Shown piece after piece: positions 35,819 through 45,464 of a stretch of 64,000 bases of DNA. The notes beneath the pieces were generated by a model. It was not told where the DNA came from. It searched no databases and worked only from the letters and a program-made list of their open reading frames with translations. A program made the translations under genes and the position numbers. Positions within the stretch are counted from its first letter, which is position 1. Every line of letters begins with the position of its first letter. The DNA lies in sequence record NC_042056.1; one strand, written 5' to 3'.

Positions 35819-36526
35819 ATGAGCAGAATCAATTACAACTTCGACTTTAAGCTGGGTGCTAAGTTATTAGAAGAGAACGTCCTTCGTGCCCCGAATTCCC
35901 ACTGGCGGCTAAAGTTCGGTAAGCTCCTGTCCGAATCCGGGTTACGTGCGATTGCCTCACCGTACTACCAGATAGACGAACTTGTGTCGGTGGTGCCATG
36001 CGAAGACCGTGAGGGGGGTGCGCTAATTCTCGAACTCAACAACAACGAGTACCTCCGGCAGTTAGAGAACCACTACGCGAAAATGCTCATGACTGCGTAC
36101 GATGTCACGGATAAGAAAGTCTCGGTTGGGAATATGCAATCCAAAGTCATTATCCGACAGCACGGCAACTCTAACACGGCTGTTGTGCTTGAGCTGTGGG
36201 TTAGCGGTAACATTAATGACGGGCACCCACAAGGTGTGAAGCCGTTTACGGAGTGCTTTGTGTTTGAAGCGTCTATGGAACGCGATCCGTACCCGACCGG
36301 GACAACCGACTTTGGTACCGACGAAGAACGTATTCCTGATGTACAGGAGCGCAGCATCAACTCGCCGGTCTATCTGGTACAGGCCCAAAACGTGAAAACC
36401 ATCTTTGGCGTGGGGGCAAAAGAAAACCCGGAACGCATTTACGTGATGGCCCGTTGGGCAGGTTGGAGTGAAGTGAAATTCTACGGCGGTCAGGTTCTCC
36501 TGATAGCGAAGCTGTCTATCGGTTAA
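35819..36526 (+). CDS. Hypothetical protein
   Basis: 235-aa ORF with GAGG SD and a downstream terminator. Confidence 0.65.
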   Translation: MSRINYNFDFKLGAKLLEENVLRAPNSHWRLKFGKLLSESGLRAIASPYYQIDELVSVVPCEDREGGALILELNNNEYLRQLENHYAKMLMTAYDVTDKKVSVGNMQSKVIIRQHGNSNTAVVLELWVSGNINDGHPQGVKPFTECFVFEASMERDPYPTGTTDFGTDEERIPDVQERSINSPVYLVQAQNVKTIFGVGAKENPERIYVMARWAGWSEVKFYGGQVLLIAKLSIG

Positions 36527-36530
36527 CCTT

Positions 36531-36564
36531 GTGGGGCTTCGGCCCCACTCTGATTATATTTTTT
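36531..36564 (+). terminator. Intrinsic terminator
   Basis: GTGGGGC-TTCG-GCCCCAC followed by a T-rich tail. Confidence 0.75.
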
Positions 36565-36590
36565 CTCAGATATATATTACTTAGGTGAGA
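36564..36590 (+). promoter_or_regulatory. Putative early phage promoter (TATATTAC motif), copy 1
   Basis: TCTCAGATATATATTACTTAGGTGAGA; 26/27 identical to 39631; contains the phiKZ early consensus TATATTAC. Confidence 0.75.
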
Positions 36591-36634
36591 TTGCATTCGT
36601 AATCTTTAATCTATTGACTTTCGAGGAATCCATT

Positions 36635-37252
36635 ATGCCTAAAATTACCATGATGCACATCGCCCTTAATGCACTGCGCGGTACCCAGCGTATCGAGTCG
36701 TTAACTTATCCACTTTTGGACACCGCCGCTCGTATCTTCGGTACGGGAATGGTGTATCAACACGACTGGGTGGGTAACGACAAACGTGAAGAAGTGTACG
36801 ACACCGACAGCGAACATTGCCGTCAACTTCGTGAACTACTTCGTACTGCCGCAGAAGAAACCGGACTGAATACGCTGCTGCCTAACGGTAAGGTGACTGT
36901 CCATGTGTCAGATAGTAAGGACATGCCTGACTACGAACCCGTGATACATTTGGATTGTATTCGCGTCTCTGTAGTGGTTTATAACGACACTGATACCGTG
37001 TCTTTTAATACCATCATGCGGCCTGCGGAAGGTGTTGAAGTGACAACACGCGAACTGGAATGGGATCGTAAACCGTTCCCTTGTCCGGGAGACGCCACCA
37101 CTCAGCGCCCAGTTTTACTGTTAGAGCATCATGACCTCATCGCCATGACAACCACCGAAACCAGCTTTAATGATTTCATCAAGACCGCCGTGGATAAAGG
37201 TTGGCAAAACATCCAACGCTACGGTCAGCAAATTGTATTAATCAAACACTAG
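36635..37252 (+). CDS. Hypothetical early protein, paralog of 37270
   Basis: ATG 36635 with GAGGA SD; FPC..D.T..P..LL motif. Confidence 0.65.
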   Translation: MPKITMMHIALNALRGTQRIESLTYPLLDTAARIFGTGMVYQHDWVGNDKREEVYDTDSEHCRQLRELLRTAAEETGLNTLLPNGKVTVHVSDSKDMPDYEPVIHLDCIRVSVVVYNDTDTVSFNTIMRPAEGVEVTTRELEWDRKPFPCPGDATTQRPVLLLEHHDLIAMTTTETSFNDFIKTAVDKGWQNIQRYGQQIVLIKH

Positions 37253-37269
37253 ACTATCGAGGATTAACC

Positions 37270-37875
37270 ATGTGCCAATTTCCAGATGTAAACGATATTC
37301 TCAACGACCTTGAACGGGGTGCGGATGAAGTAGAGTACGCGGAGATTGCCCGCCTGCTTCCGAATGACACTTCCGATTTGTACGAGGTGGTTGAGCCGCG
37401 TAACGTGTTGTCGGTGAAGATTATCCGTGCACAAAGCGCTGGGTTTTCAAAGAACCTGCTCGGTGGGTTGTACGAAGCGATAAGCCGTAACAAACTTATC
37501 AGCAGTGCGCAGCTCAAAGTCGAAGCCACGACGATGCGCATTCGCCGTTACCGTCGTACTGTGCGGGTGCCGGGGGTGTCACTGTATTACAAACCCAACA
37601 TCTTCCCGGATGATAAAGGGCCGATTGAGATTCACCTTGTGTTACGGGACGGGTGGGAAGATACGTGGTTGGCTGTGGAACATGACAAGTTCCCTTGTGC
37701 CGACGACGTAACACCTAACGAGCCGATGCGTCTGCTGGGAGCCAATGAACTACGTGCCATTTGCAGTGCGTTGATTCCTCGTGAACACCACGCGAAAGTG
37801 GTGGCGGATTTAGCGGTACAGTACGGCTGGCGTCGCGGGGTTCCCGCGGGTAATCAAGTGTGCTTAATCGGATGA
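37270..37875 (+). CDS. Hypothetical early protein, paralog of 36635
   Basis: ATG 37270 with GAGGA SD; FPC..D.T..P..LL motif. Confidence 0.65.
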   Translation: MCQFPDVNDILNDLERGADEVEYAEIARLLPNDTSDLYEVVEPRNVLSVKIIRAQSAGFSKNLLGGLYEAISRNKLISSAQLKVEATTMRIRRYRRTVRVPGVSLYYKPNIFPDDKGPIEIHLVLRDGWEDTWLAVEHDKFPCADDVTPNEPMRLLGANELRAICSALIPREHHAKVVADLAVQYGWRRGVPAGNQVCLIG

Positions 37876-38417
37876 AAAATAAAATGATTGTAAAACAAAT
37901 GAACAGCGGCGAAGTCATGTTCAATTACGGCAAAGAATTTCCAGCCGTGCAGAAGTTACCTATCGCCGGGGAATATATCGTCTTTGAGGACGACTATAAA
38001 CCGGCTGTTATCTTCAAACATGCCACGATGGCCGCCTCGCGGGTTTTCCTGCTGGAGGCTATCTTCACCACCAAAAATGAATTGCCCGTTCGTGACCTGC
38101 ATGCGTTTTGTCCCGGTGGGCCAAAGCAATTCGCGGTTATCTTTGTTCTTCCTCTTTCACTTACGGTCGTGGATAGAGAACCGTCGGGTTCTATTTGTGC
38201 CCCCGATGGCGAGAACGGATACAAAGGGATTAGCGATGCGTTGATTTTGACTGATGCGCACCACTTCTCGAATGACGATATTGACAAGATACTGAAAGGC
38301 GCGGACGGCCGTAATGTGGTGGTCTGCTATTCCAGTGACGTTTTACGTACAAAAGCGCTTCGCCATCTGGCGGAGCAACACAACTATTGTGTAGCAAAAC
38401 ACATCTATTCATTCTAA
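37872..38417 (+). CDS. Hypothetical protein
   Basis: ATGA overlap with the upstream stop. Confidence 0.6.
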   Translation: MKNKMIVKQMNSGEVMFNYGKEFPAVQKLPIAGEYIVFEDDYKPAVIFKHATMAASRVFLLEAIFTTKNELPVRDLHAFCPGGPKQFAVIFVLPLSLTVVDREPSGSICAPDGENGYKGISDALILTDAHHFSNDDIDKILKGADGRNVVVCYSSDVLRTKALRHLAEQHNYCVAKHIYSF

Positions 38418-38427
38418 GGAGCAAGAC

Positions 38428-38991
38428 ATGCGCTATGAAGCGTTTCACATCTGCAAACCTTCTACCTTTATTGAGTCACTGAAAGCAATGGAGGGCACCA
38501 CCCTCGTTGAGATGCGCCCGACGTTCTACACAGCGACTCGTGAAGGGGCGCAAAAGATTGCCAAGCAGTACGGCAGCGTGACAATCATCCCGGTCACACT
38601 CGCTTTGTCACGTCCGTTCATTAATGCACCGGATGCGTCACGAATCACACTCGACTGGTTCTATGAGTTTCTGCCAGGTTATAAGGTGCTTGCGATCGCA
38701 GGTCGTTTTGAGCACCTTTTAGTCAACACCAGCCGCTGGCAGGAACTTGAAGCCAGTTATGGGACACCACTCACGCTGTCTTCCCTTTACGACCGAAGCC
38801 TTCAGGACTTCCTGACGTTACCTTTAGAAATCTGTGCATTAGCCGAAGACGGCGCGATACGGAACATGGTCTCGTCAATGGGGTACGATGGTTTCATCTA
38901 TGGCGGCAGTGGCGATGCAGAAGGGGAAGTGATTTACTATCCCCTGAACACCGCCGGGATTCGCTATGGCAGTGAAGAAATGGTGAGTTAA
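38428..38991 (+). CDS. Putative ART-PolyVal-like (ADP-ribosyltransferase-fold) protein
   Basis: AFH..TFYT..A..YG..IPV.L.L..PF..GYDG..E pattern; AGGAG SD. Confidence 0.4.
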   Translation: MRYEAFHICKPSTFIESLKAMEGTTLVEMRPTFYTATREGAQKIAKQYGSVTIIPVTLALSRPFINAPDASRITLDWFYEFLPGYKVLAIAGRFEHLLVNTSRWQELEASYGTPLTLSSLYDRSLQDFLTLPLEICALAEDGAIRNMVSSMGYDGFIYGGSGDAEGEVIYYPLNTAGIRYGSEEMVS

Positions 38992-38995
38992 GTCG

Positions 38996-39019
38996 CGGGG
39001 ACGTTGTCCCCGATTTTTT
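38996..39019 (+). terminator. Intrinsic terminator
   Basis: CGGGGAC-GTT-GTCCCCG followed by a T-run. Confidence 0.7.
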
Positions 39020-39051
39020 ACAACAGCAATCTATATTTTTAGGATAACATC

Positions 39052-39624
39052 ATGCTACAAATGCACAGCTATTTTGATACAGCTGAATTGGAACGCCTGC
39101 AACGTGAGGGGAAGCTTCCCGTCGGGCTAACGTTGGGCAGTATTCAGAAATGCATGAGCAAAGGGGACGGGGTATTAATGTTATTCCGTTGTGCACGGTC
39201 ATGGGACGTGAAAGCAGCCCTTGTCTCGTTGCCGATCGGTGAAACCAAAAATACCCGCAAGGTGTTGACTGCGTTTTGCTCTGTCAGTGAACTGCCTTCC
39301 GAGTCGCTCTATTATCACCTCGAGTCCAACCACTTTGCCAGTGCCGAAGTGCATATCCCGTCATCGGCCTGTCTGTCAGATGACTTCCCGGATTGGGTGG
39401 TCTACCGTCATGTTCGTCAAGCGCCGGGTGTGCCTGATGAGATGCGGATTCTGGAACCGGGAATGGTTGATGTGGCGTTGGGGAATCTTGACGACAACGA
39501 ACGCCCCGAACGCATGGAAATCTTTGTGGCCCGTAAAGCCATTAAAGATGTCGGCAACAACATGCGTGGGTTAATTAAGCGCGGGTTCATCTCACGCAAG
39601 TTCATTTACCAGATCTCGCAGTAA
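39052..39624 (+). CDS. Hypothetical protein, possible degenerate R-S-E type ADP-ribosyltransferase fold
   Basis: LFRC..PIGE..LTAFCS..EVHIP..DEMRILEPG spacing. Confidence 0.3.
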   Translation: MLQMHSYFDTAELERLQREGKLPVGLTLGSIQKCMSKGDGVLMLFRCARSWDVKAALVSLPIGETKNTRKVLTAFCSVSELPSESLYYHLESNHFASAEVHIPSSACLSDDFPDWVVYRHVRQAPGVPDEMRILEPGMVDVALGNLDDNERPERMEIFVARKAIKDVGNNMRGLIKRGFISRKFIYQISQ

Positions 39625-39630
39625 AAATAA

Positions 39631-39657
39631 TCTCAGATATATATTACCTAGGTGAGA
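39631..39657 (+). promoter_or_regulatory. Putative early phage promoter (TATATTAC motif), copy 2
   Basis: TCTCAGATATATATTACCTAGGTGAGA, intergenic. Confidence 0.75.
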
Positions 39658-39710
39658 GTTAGCTATTAACTCTTGCCTTTCTTTCTTTTTATCACTTACA
39701 GGATAACATC

Positions 39711-40175
39711 ATGCACGATACAACGATCAACTCTACCCGTAAACTATTGGAACGCCGTAACGATATCGAGGCACATTTCAACAGCTTCAAAGACAAGCTG
39801 GGCGACCTGTGGAAAGTGGTACGTAGCGCAAACGGCGATGTGCGTAAGTATGACGAAACGTCCCCAGAAGTGGAGTTCGCGAAGAACCTGCCAATGACGC
39901 TGCGTGTCCAATTCATGGACACCTTCGGCGACTGGGCAAACCGTTTCGCCGTTGATGTCATTGGCCAATTCAATTATGAAAAATTTGACATTGACATAGA
40001 TGGCCGTATTCGTTCTGATGTGGGTCGTGTGGGTGATAGCGTGTACATTAACTTTACCGAAATCGCAAGCGGCATTTCGGTTCGCGTCGAACTGACCTAC
40101 GTCGAAATCGCGGGCATGATCGCAGCCGGTTACAACTATAGCATCGAAGCTCCGCTGTTCTTTACTGTTTACTGA
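39711..40175 (+). CDS. Hypothetical early protein
   Basis: 154-aa ORF with AGGA SD after the promoter motif. Confidence 0.65.
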   Translation: MHDTTINSTRKLLERRNDIEAHFNSFKDKLGDLWKVVRSANGDVRKYDETSPEVEFAKNLPMTLRVQFMDTFGDWANRFAVDVIGQFNYEKFDIDIDGRIRSDVGRVGDSVYINFTEIASGISVRVELTYVEIAGMIAAGYNYSIEAPLFFTVY

Positions 40176-40225
40176 TTCCTTGTGGTGGCCCTCGCGGTCG
40201 CCGCATCCTTAACTTTTTTAAGAGA

Positions 40226-40618
40226 ATGAAAAAAATGCGCAAGCTCCTCTCGACTATCGCGGTTGTATGTTTTGTACTGGCAGGTCTGTCTAAAGTAGTG
40301 GAAGCGAACGATACCACGTTCGACAAATTCAAGCCCGCGAATGATACCTATCCGATGGCTCCCGACGAACACGCGGAGTTGCTTCGATTTCAAGGAAACA
40401 TCTACGTGTACAAACTGGTGGGTGCAGATGGTAGCTGTCATGGAGTGGCCATTGCAAATGGTGATACCCGCTTCTACCAGCGTCTCGAAGATATCGGCTG
40501 TGACCCAGATGTCGACCATGTGTCCTTTGCCCCTTCTGAACTAGAAGGGTACCAGATGTTGAACTTCTACAGTAAAACGGTCGCCGTTGGGCGGATCACA
40601 ATTAAAGCTCAGGAGTAA
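40226..40618 (+). CDS. Exported protein of unknown function
   Basis: Signal peptide MKKMRKLLSTIAVVCFVLAGLSKVVEA. Confidence 0.6.
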   Translation: MKKMRKLLSTIAVVCFVLAGLSKVVEANDTTFDKFKPANDTYPMAPDEHAELLRFQGNIYVYKLVGADGSCHGVAIANGDTRFYQRLEDIGCDPDVDHVSFAPSELEGYQMLNFYSKTVAVGRITIKAQE

Positions 40619-40622
40619 TATC

Positions 40623-41024
40623 ATGAAAGTTATCCTTACGCTGTTGGTTGCAACCCTGTTTAGTTTTGCCAATCTGTCTTACGCGAACACCAAACCTCGG
40701 TATCCCGACCACATCACCTACGAAAAGACCAAGGTCTCCTTCTGGTGTCAGCGTGAGGATATCAAAGCCGGTGATTGCGACGTGGTCTCCATGACCCCGG
40801 ATGAAGAATGGGTGTCCGTCACCGGCACTCCGGGCACAGCGTGCGAAGATACCCCTATCGGTATCGTGAACCTGCGTACCGGCAAAGCACGCGATATCGA
40901 TTACGACGGTGGGTGTAAAACTCAGACCCGTCCGCAGTTTGTACAGATGGCTGATGGCAAGATAGGCTTGCAGGTCGTCGATGTTAAAGCCAATTGGGCA
41001 ATCACCACTGTTCCCCTGAACTAA
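40623..41024 (+). CDS. Exported 4-Cys protein
   Basis: AGGAG SD; signal peptide MKVILTLLVATLFSFANLSYA; Cys pattern shared with 41035. Confidence 0.65.
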   Translation: MKVILTLLVATLFSFANLSYANTKPRYPDHITYEKTKVSFWCQREDIKAGDCDVVSMTPDEEWVSVTGTPGTACEDTPIGIVNLRTGKARDIDYDGGCKTQTRPQFVQMADGKIGLQVVDVKANWAITTVPLN

Positions 41025-41034
41025 GGAAAGTCAC

Positions 41035-41424
41035 ATGCGCCACGCAGTTGCAGTCATCACCGGTTTCGTTTTCGCTTTAGCCGTTTCGTTTGTCCCTACC
41101 GCTTCCGCGTCAACGGATATCGGTGCTATCTTGCAGGAGATTCAGTATCAGTACAGCCCGCCGGATTTCGGTGTGTGTGAAAATGGTACCGTGGCGTGTA
41201 AAGAAGTCGGCAAAAAGGACGAGTTCATTCTCGTCCATGCTGACGGTGGCACCCAATGCCCTGCGGGATATTACTTCATCTTGAATTCCAAAGAAGGAAT
41301 CATTGAGCCGGTCATTGCACCGACCTGTGACCCGTCTTTAAAGATTGGTTTCGCACACAGCAGTCGTGCCATCGAACTCGCCTTGTTTGGTAAAGTCTCA
41401 GGTACAGTTCCGCTTGACCGCTAA
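41035..41424 (+). CDS. Exported 4-Cys protein, likely paralog of 40623
   Basis: Signal peptide ending ASA; C..C..GT.C..C pattern. Confidence 0.65.
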   Translation: MRHAVAVITGFVFALAVSFVPTASASTDIGAILQEIQYQYSPPDFGVCENGTVACKEVGKKDEFILVHADGGTQCPAGYYFILNSKEGIIEPVIAPTCDPSLKIGFAHSSRAIELALFGKVSGTVPLDR

Positions 41425-41507
41425 CAGTTTGGCCCTGTAACGTTTTCCCCTAAGATGTTATCCTGGTTGCAGGGTCCTTTTTATTCTTGACTATCGAGGT
41501 TTATATC

Positions 41508-42053
41508 ATGATTACTTCTATTACCACAGCTGTCAATACCGCCCGTCGTTATTTCGAAGTGAAAACCGCGTACAACATTGATCGGTTCCGTTTCCAGTCA
41601 ATGGTCTCCACTGCCCACAAACTGCTCACCCTGTCTGATGCGATTCGTCGTGACGGGGATGAGCAGGCGGTGGCGCTGGCAGAGAGTATCAGCCATCACT
41701 GGTTTACCAAAACGCTGGGTTCTAGCCTGTTCGCCGAACACAAGGAAACCTTCCTTGCAGTACAGTCGTGGATTTATGCGTCAGGCCACCAGTTCGATGT
41801 GTCACAGAACCAGTACGCAACCGATGAGTATTGTCAACATATTCTGGTCTTACCACCTGCTACCTCGACGCCAAAGATTCTGAACATGACCAATTCAGAA
41901 ATGGCGTTACCGGATTTCGTGCGCTCGGAAATGCACAAAAAGGCAAACGGTGTGCTGCAAATTGGCAAGCGTCGTTTACCTATCTTCGATTTTACTCGCC
42001 GTGAGTGTGGACCGTCGTACAATATCGTGAGCGGATATTGGCCGACTGTCTAA
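41508..42053 (+). CDS. Hypothetical protein
   Basis: ATG 41508 with GAGGT SD. Confidence 0.6.
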   Translation: MITSITTAVNTARRYFEVKTAYNIDRFRFQSMVSTAHKLLTLSDAIRRDGDEQAVALAESISHHWFTKTLGSSLFAEHKETFLAVQSWIYASGHQFDVSQNQYATDEYCQHILVLPPATSTPKILNMTNSEMALPDFVRSEMHKKANGVLQIGKRRLPIFDFTRRECGPSYNIVSGYWPTV

Positions 42054-42060
42054 GTCGCAG

Positions 42061-42092
42061 AGGGTGGGGGCTATTGCCCACCCTCTTTTTTT
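42061..42092 (+). terminator. Intrinsic terminator
   Basis: AGGGTGGG..CCCACCCT followed by a T-run. Confidence 0.75.
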
Positions 42093-42111
42093 GCCCAAAA
42101 AAGGAACCATT

Positions 42112-42687
42112 ATGCTTGACCAACAACTGTTAACCGCTTTACGTGTACTGGAGATTCAGGAATCTCTTAACAACGGCACCAGTGCCTTTATGATGGGTTG
42201 TTCAAAAGAGACCTTTGATCGGTTCCGTCAACACCCGACGTTAGGCCCGTGGATGGAGCAGAAGTATCCGCATACGCTGGCCGCGATTGATGCGTACTTC
42301 GAAGAACCTGTGGAAGAACGCAACATCCACGAAGACCCGTTCCGTTATCTGACCAATCACGAAATGCCCGTACGTGTGATGCTCGTCAGTGATACTGAGA
42401 ATGGCGTGCGTTGTGAATTCCCTGAATGGGGAGGCGATAAATCCCAAGTGGTTATTATCCGAAACGCAGCAGGTTATCAGAAAGTTGGACCCGCTGGGAC
42501 TCTTTACGATTTCCAGAATCCTTCTTCCCCTTACATCGTACCGGTGTTCTTGGGTGATAAGGCACCACTCTATACACATGACCTCGCGGTAATCATGACT
42601 CAGGTTACACTGGAACTGTTACAGTCCGACGAAGGGGTTGCGTGGAGTAACATTTTAGCGAAGCGTTCTTTAGACGTGAATGCCTGA
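42112..42687 (+). CDS. Hypothetical protein
   Basis: ATG 42112 with AAGGA SD (the track GTG start lies inside the terminator). Confidence 0.6.
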   Translation: MLDQQLLTALRVLEIQESLNNGTSAFMMGCSKETFDRFRQHPTLGPWMEQKYPHTLAAIDAYFEEPVEERNIHEDPFRYLTNHEMPVRVMLVSDTENGVRCEFPEWGGDKSQVVIIRNAAGYQKVGPAGTLYDFQNPSSPYIVPVFLGDKAPLYTHDLAVIMTQVTLELLQSDEGVAWSNILAKRSLDVNA

Positions 42688-42690
42688 CGT

Positions 42691-42723
42691 GGTGGCCTTC
42701 GGGCCACCTCTCTTAATTTTTTT
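42691..42723 (+). terminator. Intrinsic terminator
   Basis: GGTGGCC-TTCG-GGCCACC followed by a T-rich tail. Confidence 0.75.
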
Positions 42724-42777
42724 ACGTGAGTATTAATGATTATGAAATAACTACAACTAATTCATTAGGACCTCGCG

Positions 42778-45291
42778 ATGCTGAAGGTTGAGCGCATTAT
42801 TCTAAAAGGTTTTACGGGCATGGGATTGCACGAAATCGAAACTTTTGATTTCACTCTCATGTCCGACGTGACCATTATCTTAGGGGGTAATGGTTGCGGG
42901 AAAACAAGTCTGTTGAATGTCTTCTTCCCGATAGCCCCACCGAAAACCGATTTTGTTGACGGGGGGATGTACACCAATATCGCCCTGTGTGGCGATGACC
43001 GTTACGAGTTCAAAGTGAAACGTGACGGGAACAGTCTGGTTTGCTTTATTAAGAACCTGAGCAAAGATTTAGTGGTGTTGGATCACGCCAATGCCAAAGT
43101 GTATAATTCCCGTGTGTACGAACTGACCGGCATTGATAAAGAAGTCAAAGAACTCATTAACGGCGAATCGTTATTAACGAACGGGAATACCGAACAACGT
43201 CGTAAATGGTTCACCCGGATGTCCACCTCGGATCTGAACTACGCGCTGGACTTCTACAAGAAGCTGCGCAAGCAAGCCAGTCTGATGAACGGGGCCATTG
43301 ACCACACGGCGAAAAAGATAGCGGATTTGCAAGTGCGTGTATTGCACGACGATGAAGAACGCAAACTGCTCAGTGCTCGCTTGGTCGAGATGGAGTCCGA
43401 ACTCCGTCAGCTTGATGATGCCATTGCAATCCTTCCAAACTTTGACGGCTCATCGAACAAAGAGAAAATCGTTGCGTTCCTGAAGAGTCTGGAAAGCCAA
43501 GTCGCCAAGGTGTTGAACGAACGCACCTTACCAACCGATTTGGAAATCAGCGTGGCTGAACAGACCCTCTCCGTGTGGAAAGAGTCTGCTGCATCAGCAG
43601 ATGCCACGACCGATGCGTATAGCCGTGAGTTGTCTATTCTAATGGATGAGGCAACGCGTCAGGAATACCTGATGAAAAACCACAGCGGACTCAAGGAAAC
43701 GATTGAAAACCAATCGGCGGCATTAAATGAAATGGTTAAGCATATCACCGCTTGGCCTGATTTGATTGCCGAAGGGTCTATCACTACGCAAATGCTGTTA
43801 AACGCGCAGAACGACCTCTCTCAGTGGTCTTACTCTTTATCCGGGTCGTTGGATGAAATTATTCATCCGTCACGTTTGCGTGAGGCTGAGGGCCGTTTAA
43901 CGGAGCATGACGCGATCTCTGCGGATTTGCGTGAGCAACTCCAGCGGGCGGAGAATGTGTTGCGTGGACTAGAGCATGACCGTACGCATTTTCTCGACAC
44001 GCAGGAAGTCGCCTGTCCCCGTTGCACGCACGTCTTTCGTCCCGGTGTCAATGACAGCTTAGAGAATATCGAAGCGGCCATTGGACGTGAAGTCGGTGTA
44101 TGTAAAGCGCTGCGGGAAAGGATTGCGACACACCAATCAACGCGCGGTGACATTGAAACGGATGTGATGGCAAAACGTCGTATCCGTGACATTATCATGA
44201 CGTACACGAAAGACCCGGTTGTGGGGTTGTTCTTCAAGCGGTTGATTGAAGAAGAAGTCTTCACCGTGAACCGTGACCGTTATGCGATGTTGTCCGTCCA
44301 GTTCTTTGACGAACTGAAACAGGCGATTGAATACCGTCGGGTGTTTGAAGACTTGGTGAAGTCCAAGAAGGATTGGGATGAAGCGGTCAACGCGGTGGGG
44401 AACATCGACGGGGCACTGAACTCAAAGATTGACCGTATTCGTGCACTCTTAGCAGAGTCCTCTCAGAAGCGCTCAGATGCGCAACGCGAGGTTGTGAAGT
44501 GGCGTGAAGAGTTACACCGTTTGAACGATGTACGCACGACAGTGGAGTTCCTGAGCCGCGCATTTACGGTTCTCGACACCATGATTGAAACCTCAACCAC
44601 CAACGTGATGGTAAACTGCTTACAAACCAAACGACAATCGTTGCTGGACACGTACTCTGTGGCCCGTGATCGTTTCCGTCAGATGGACAGTGAGTTGAAC
44701 GTGCTGGCGTCGTTGGAGGCTGAGCAGAAAGAACTGCAACACCGACAGAAAAACATTCGTCTCATGATTACCGCGTGGTCACCAGAGAAGGGTGTGCTGA
44801 AAAAGTACATCTACAACTCGATCGTGCGCATCACGGAGATGATGAACCGTTATATCGGGGCAGTGTGGCAGTACCCGATGAACGTTCTGCCGTGTGATGT
44901 CAGTGAAGGCGATTTGGATTACACGTTCCCGTACACGCTAAAAAACAACCCGGACCCTGTGGTGGATGTCATTAAAGGCTCCAAGGCACAGAAGAACATC
45001 TTTAACCTGAGCTACCGCTTGACCGCCTACAAAGGGCTGAACTTACGTCAGTATCCTTTGCTATTGGACGAGCCGTCAGAAGGGATGGATGAAGAACACA
45101 AGCAAGCACTCGTGGCCTTTATCAAGATGTTAGCTGAATCGGGGGAATTCTCTCAGGTGATTGTGGTCTCCCACGAGCCAGAGGTGCATTCCAAGTTAAA
45201 CGAAGCGACGTACTGTGTTGTTGAACCAACGGGTGTGACGTTACCCCCGGTTTACAACGTGGGCGTGAAAATCAAATACGCAGGCCAGTAA
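42778..45291 (+). CDS. sbcC: SbcC/Rad50-like SMC-family ATPase
   Basis: Walker A GGNGCGKTS, long coiled coil with central CPRC zinc hook, Walker B LLLDEP, SHE switch. Confidence 0.9.
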   Translation: MLKVERIILKGFTGMGLHEIETFDFTLMSDVTIILGGNGCGKTSLLNVFFPIAPPKTDFVDGGMYTNIALCGDDRYEFKVKRDGNSLVCFIKNLSKDLVVLDHANAKVYNSRVYELTGIDKEVKELINGESLLTNGNTEQRRKWFTRMSTSDLNYALDFYKKLRKQASLMNGAIDHTAKKIADLQVRVLHDDEERKLLSARLVEMESELRQLDDAIAILPNFDGSSNKEKIVAFLKSLESQVAKVLNERTLPTDLEISVAEQTLSVWKESAASADATTDAYSRELSILMDEATRQEYLMKNHSGLKETIENQSAALNEMVKHITAWPDLIAEGSITTQMLLNAQNDLSQWSYSLSGSLDEIIHPSRLREAEGRLTEHDAISADLREQLQRAENVLRGLEHDRTHFLDTQEVACPRCTHVFRPGVNDSLENIEAAIGREVGVCKALRERIATHQSTRGDIETDVMAKRRIRDIIMTYTKDPVVGLFFKRLIEEEVFTVNRDRYAMLSVQFFDELKQAIEYRRVFEDLVKSKKDWDEAVNAVGNIDGALNSKIDRIRALLAESSQKRSDAQREVVKWREELHRLNDVRTTVEFLSRAFTVLDTMIETSTTNVMVNCLQTKRQSLLDTYSVARDRFRQMDSELNVLASLEAEQKELQHRQKNIRLMITAWSPEKGVLKKYIYNSIVRITEMMNRYIGAVWQYPMNVLPCDVSEGDLDYTFPYTLKNNPDPVVDVIKGSKAQKNIFNLSYRLTAYKGLNLRQYPLLLDEPSEGMDEEHKQALVAFIKMLAESGEFSQVIVVSHEPEVHSKLNEATYCVVEPTGVTLPPVYNVGVKIKYAGQ

Positions 45292-45464
45292 TGTACAATG
45301 CAGCGGTATCGATAGTAGGTTGGATTCTGACGGTGTTATACATCGTCTTTGGGGCAGGATGGGCGGTCGGTATCGCGACCGCTTCACTGTTCATGATTGC
45401 ATGGCCAATGCCGTTGCGGTTTGCTAAGCGGGTAAAAGCAAAGTACAAAGGGGGTAGGTCATGA
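45291..45464 (+). CDS. 57-aa membrane micro-protein (not in ORF track)
   Basis: ATG overlaps the sbcC stop (TAATG); MYNAAVSIVGWILTVLYIVFGAGWAVGIATASLFMIAWPMPLRFAKRVKAKYKGGRS. Confidence 0.55.
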   Translation: MYNAAVSIVGWILTVLYIVFGAGWAVGIATASLFMIAWPMPLRFAKRVKAKYKGGRS

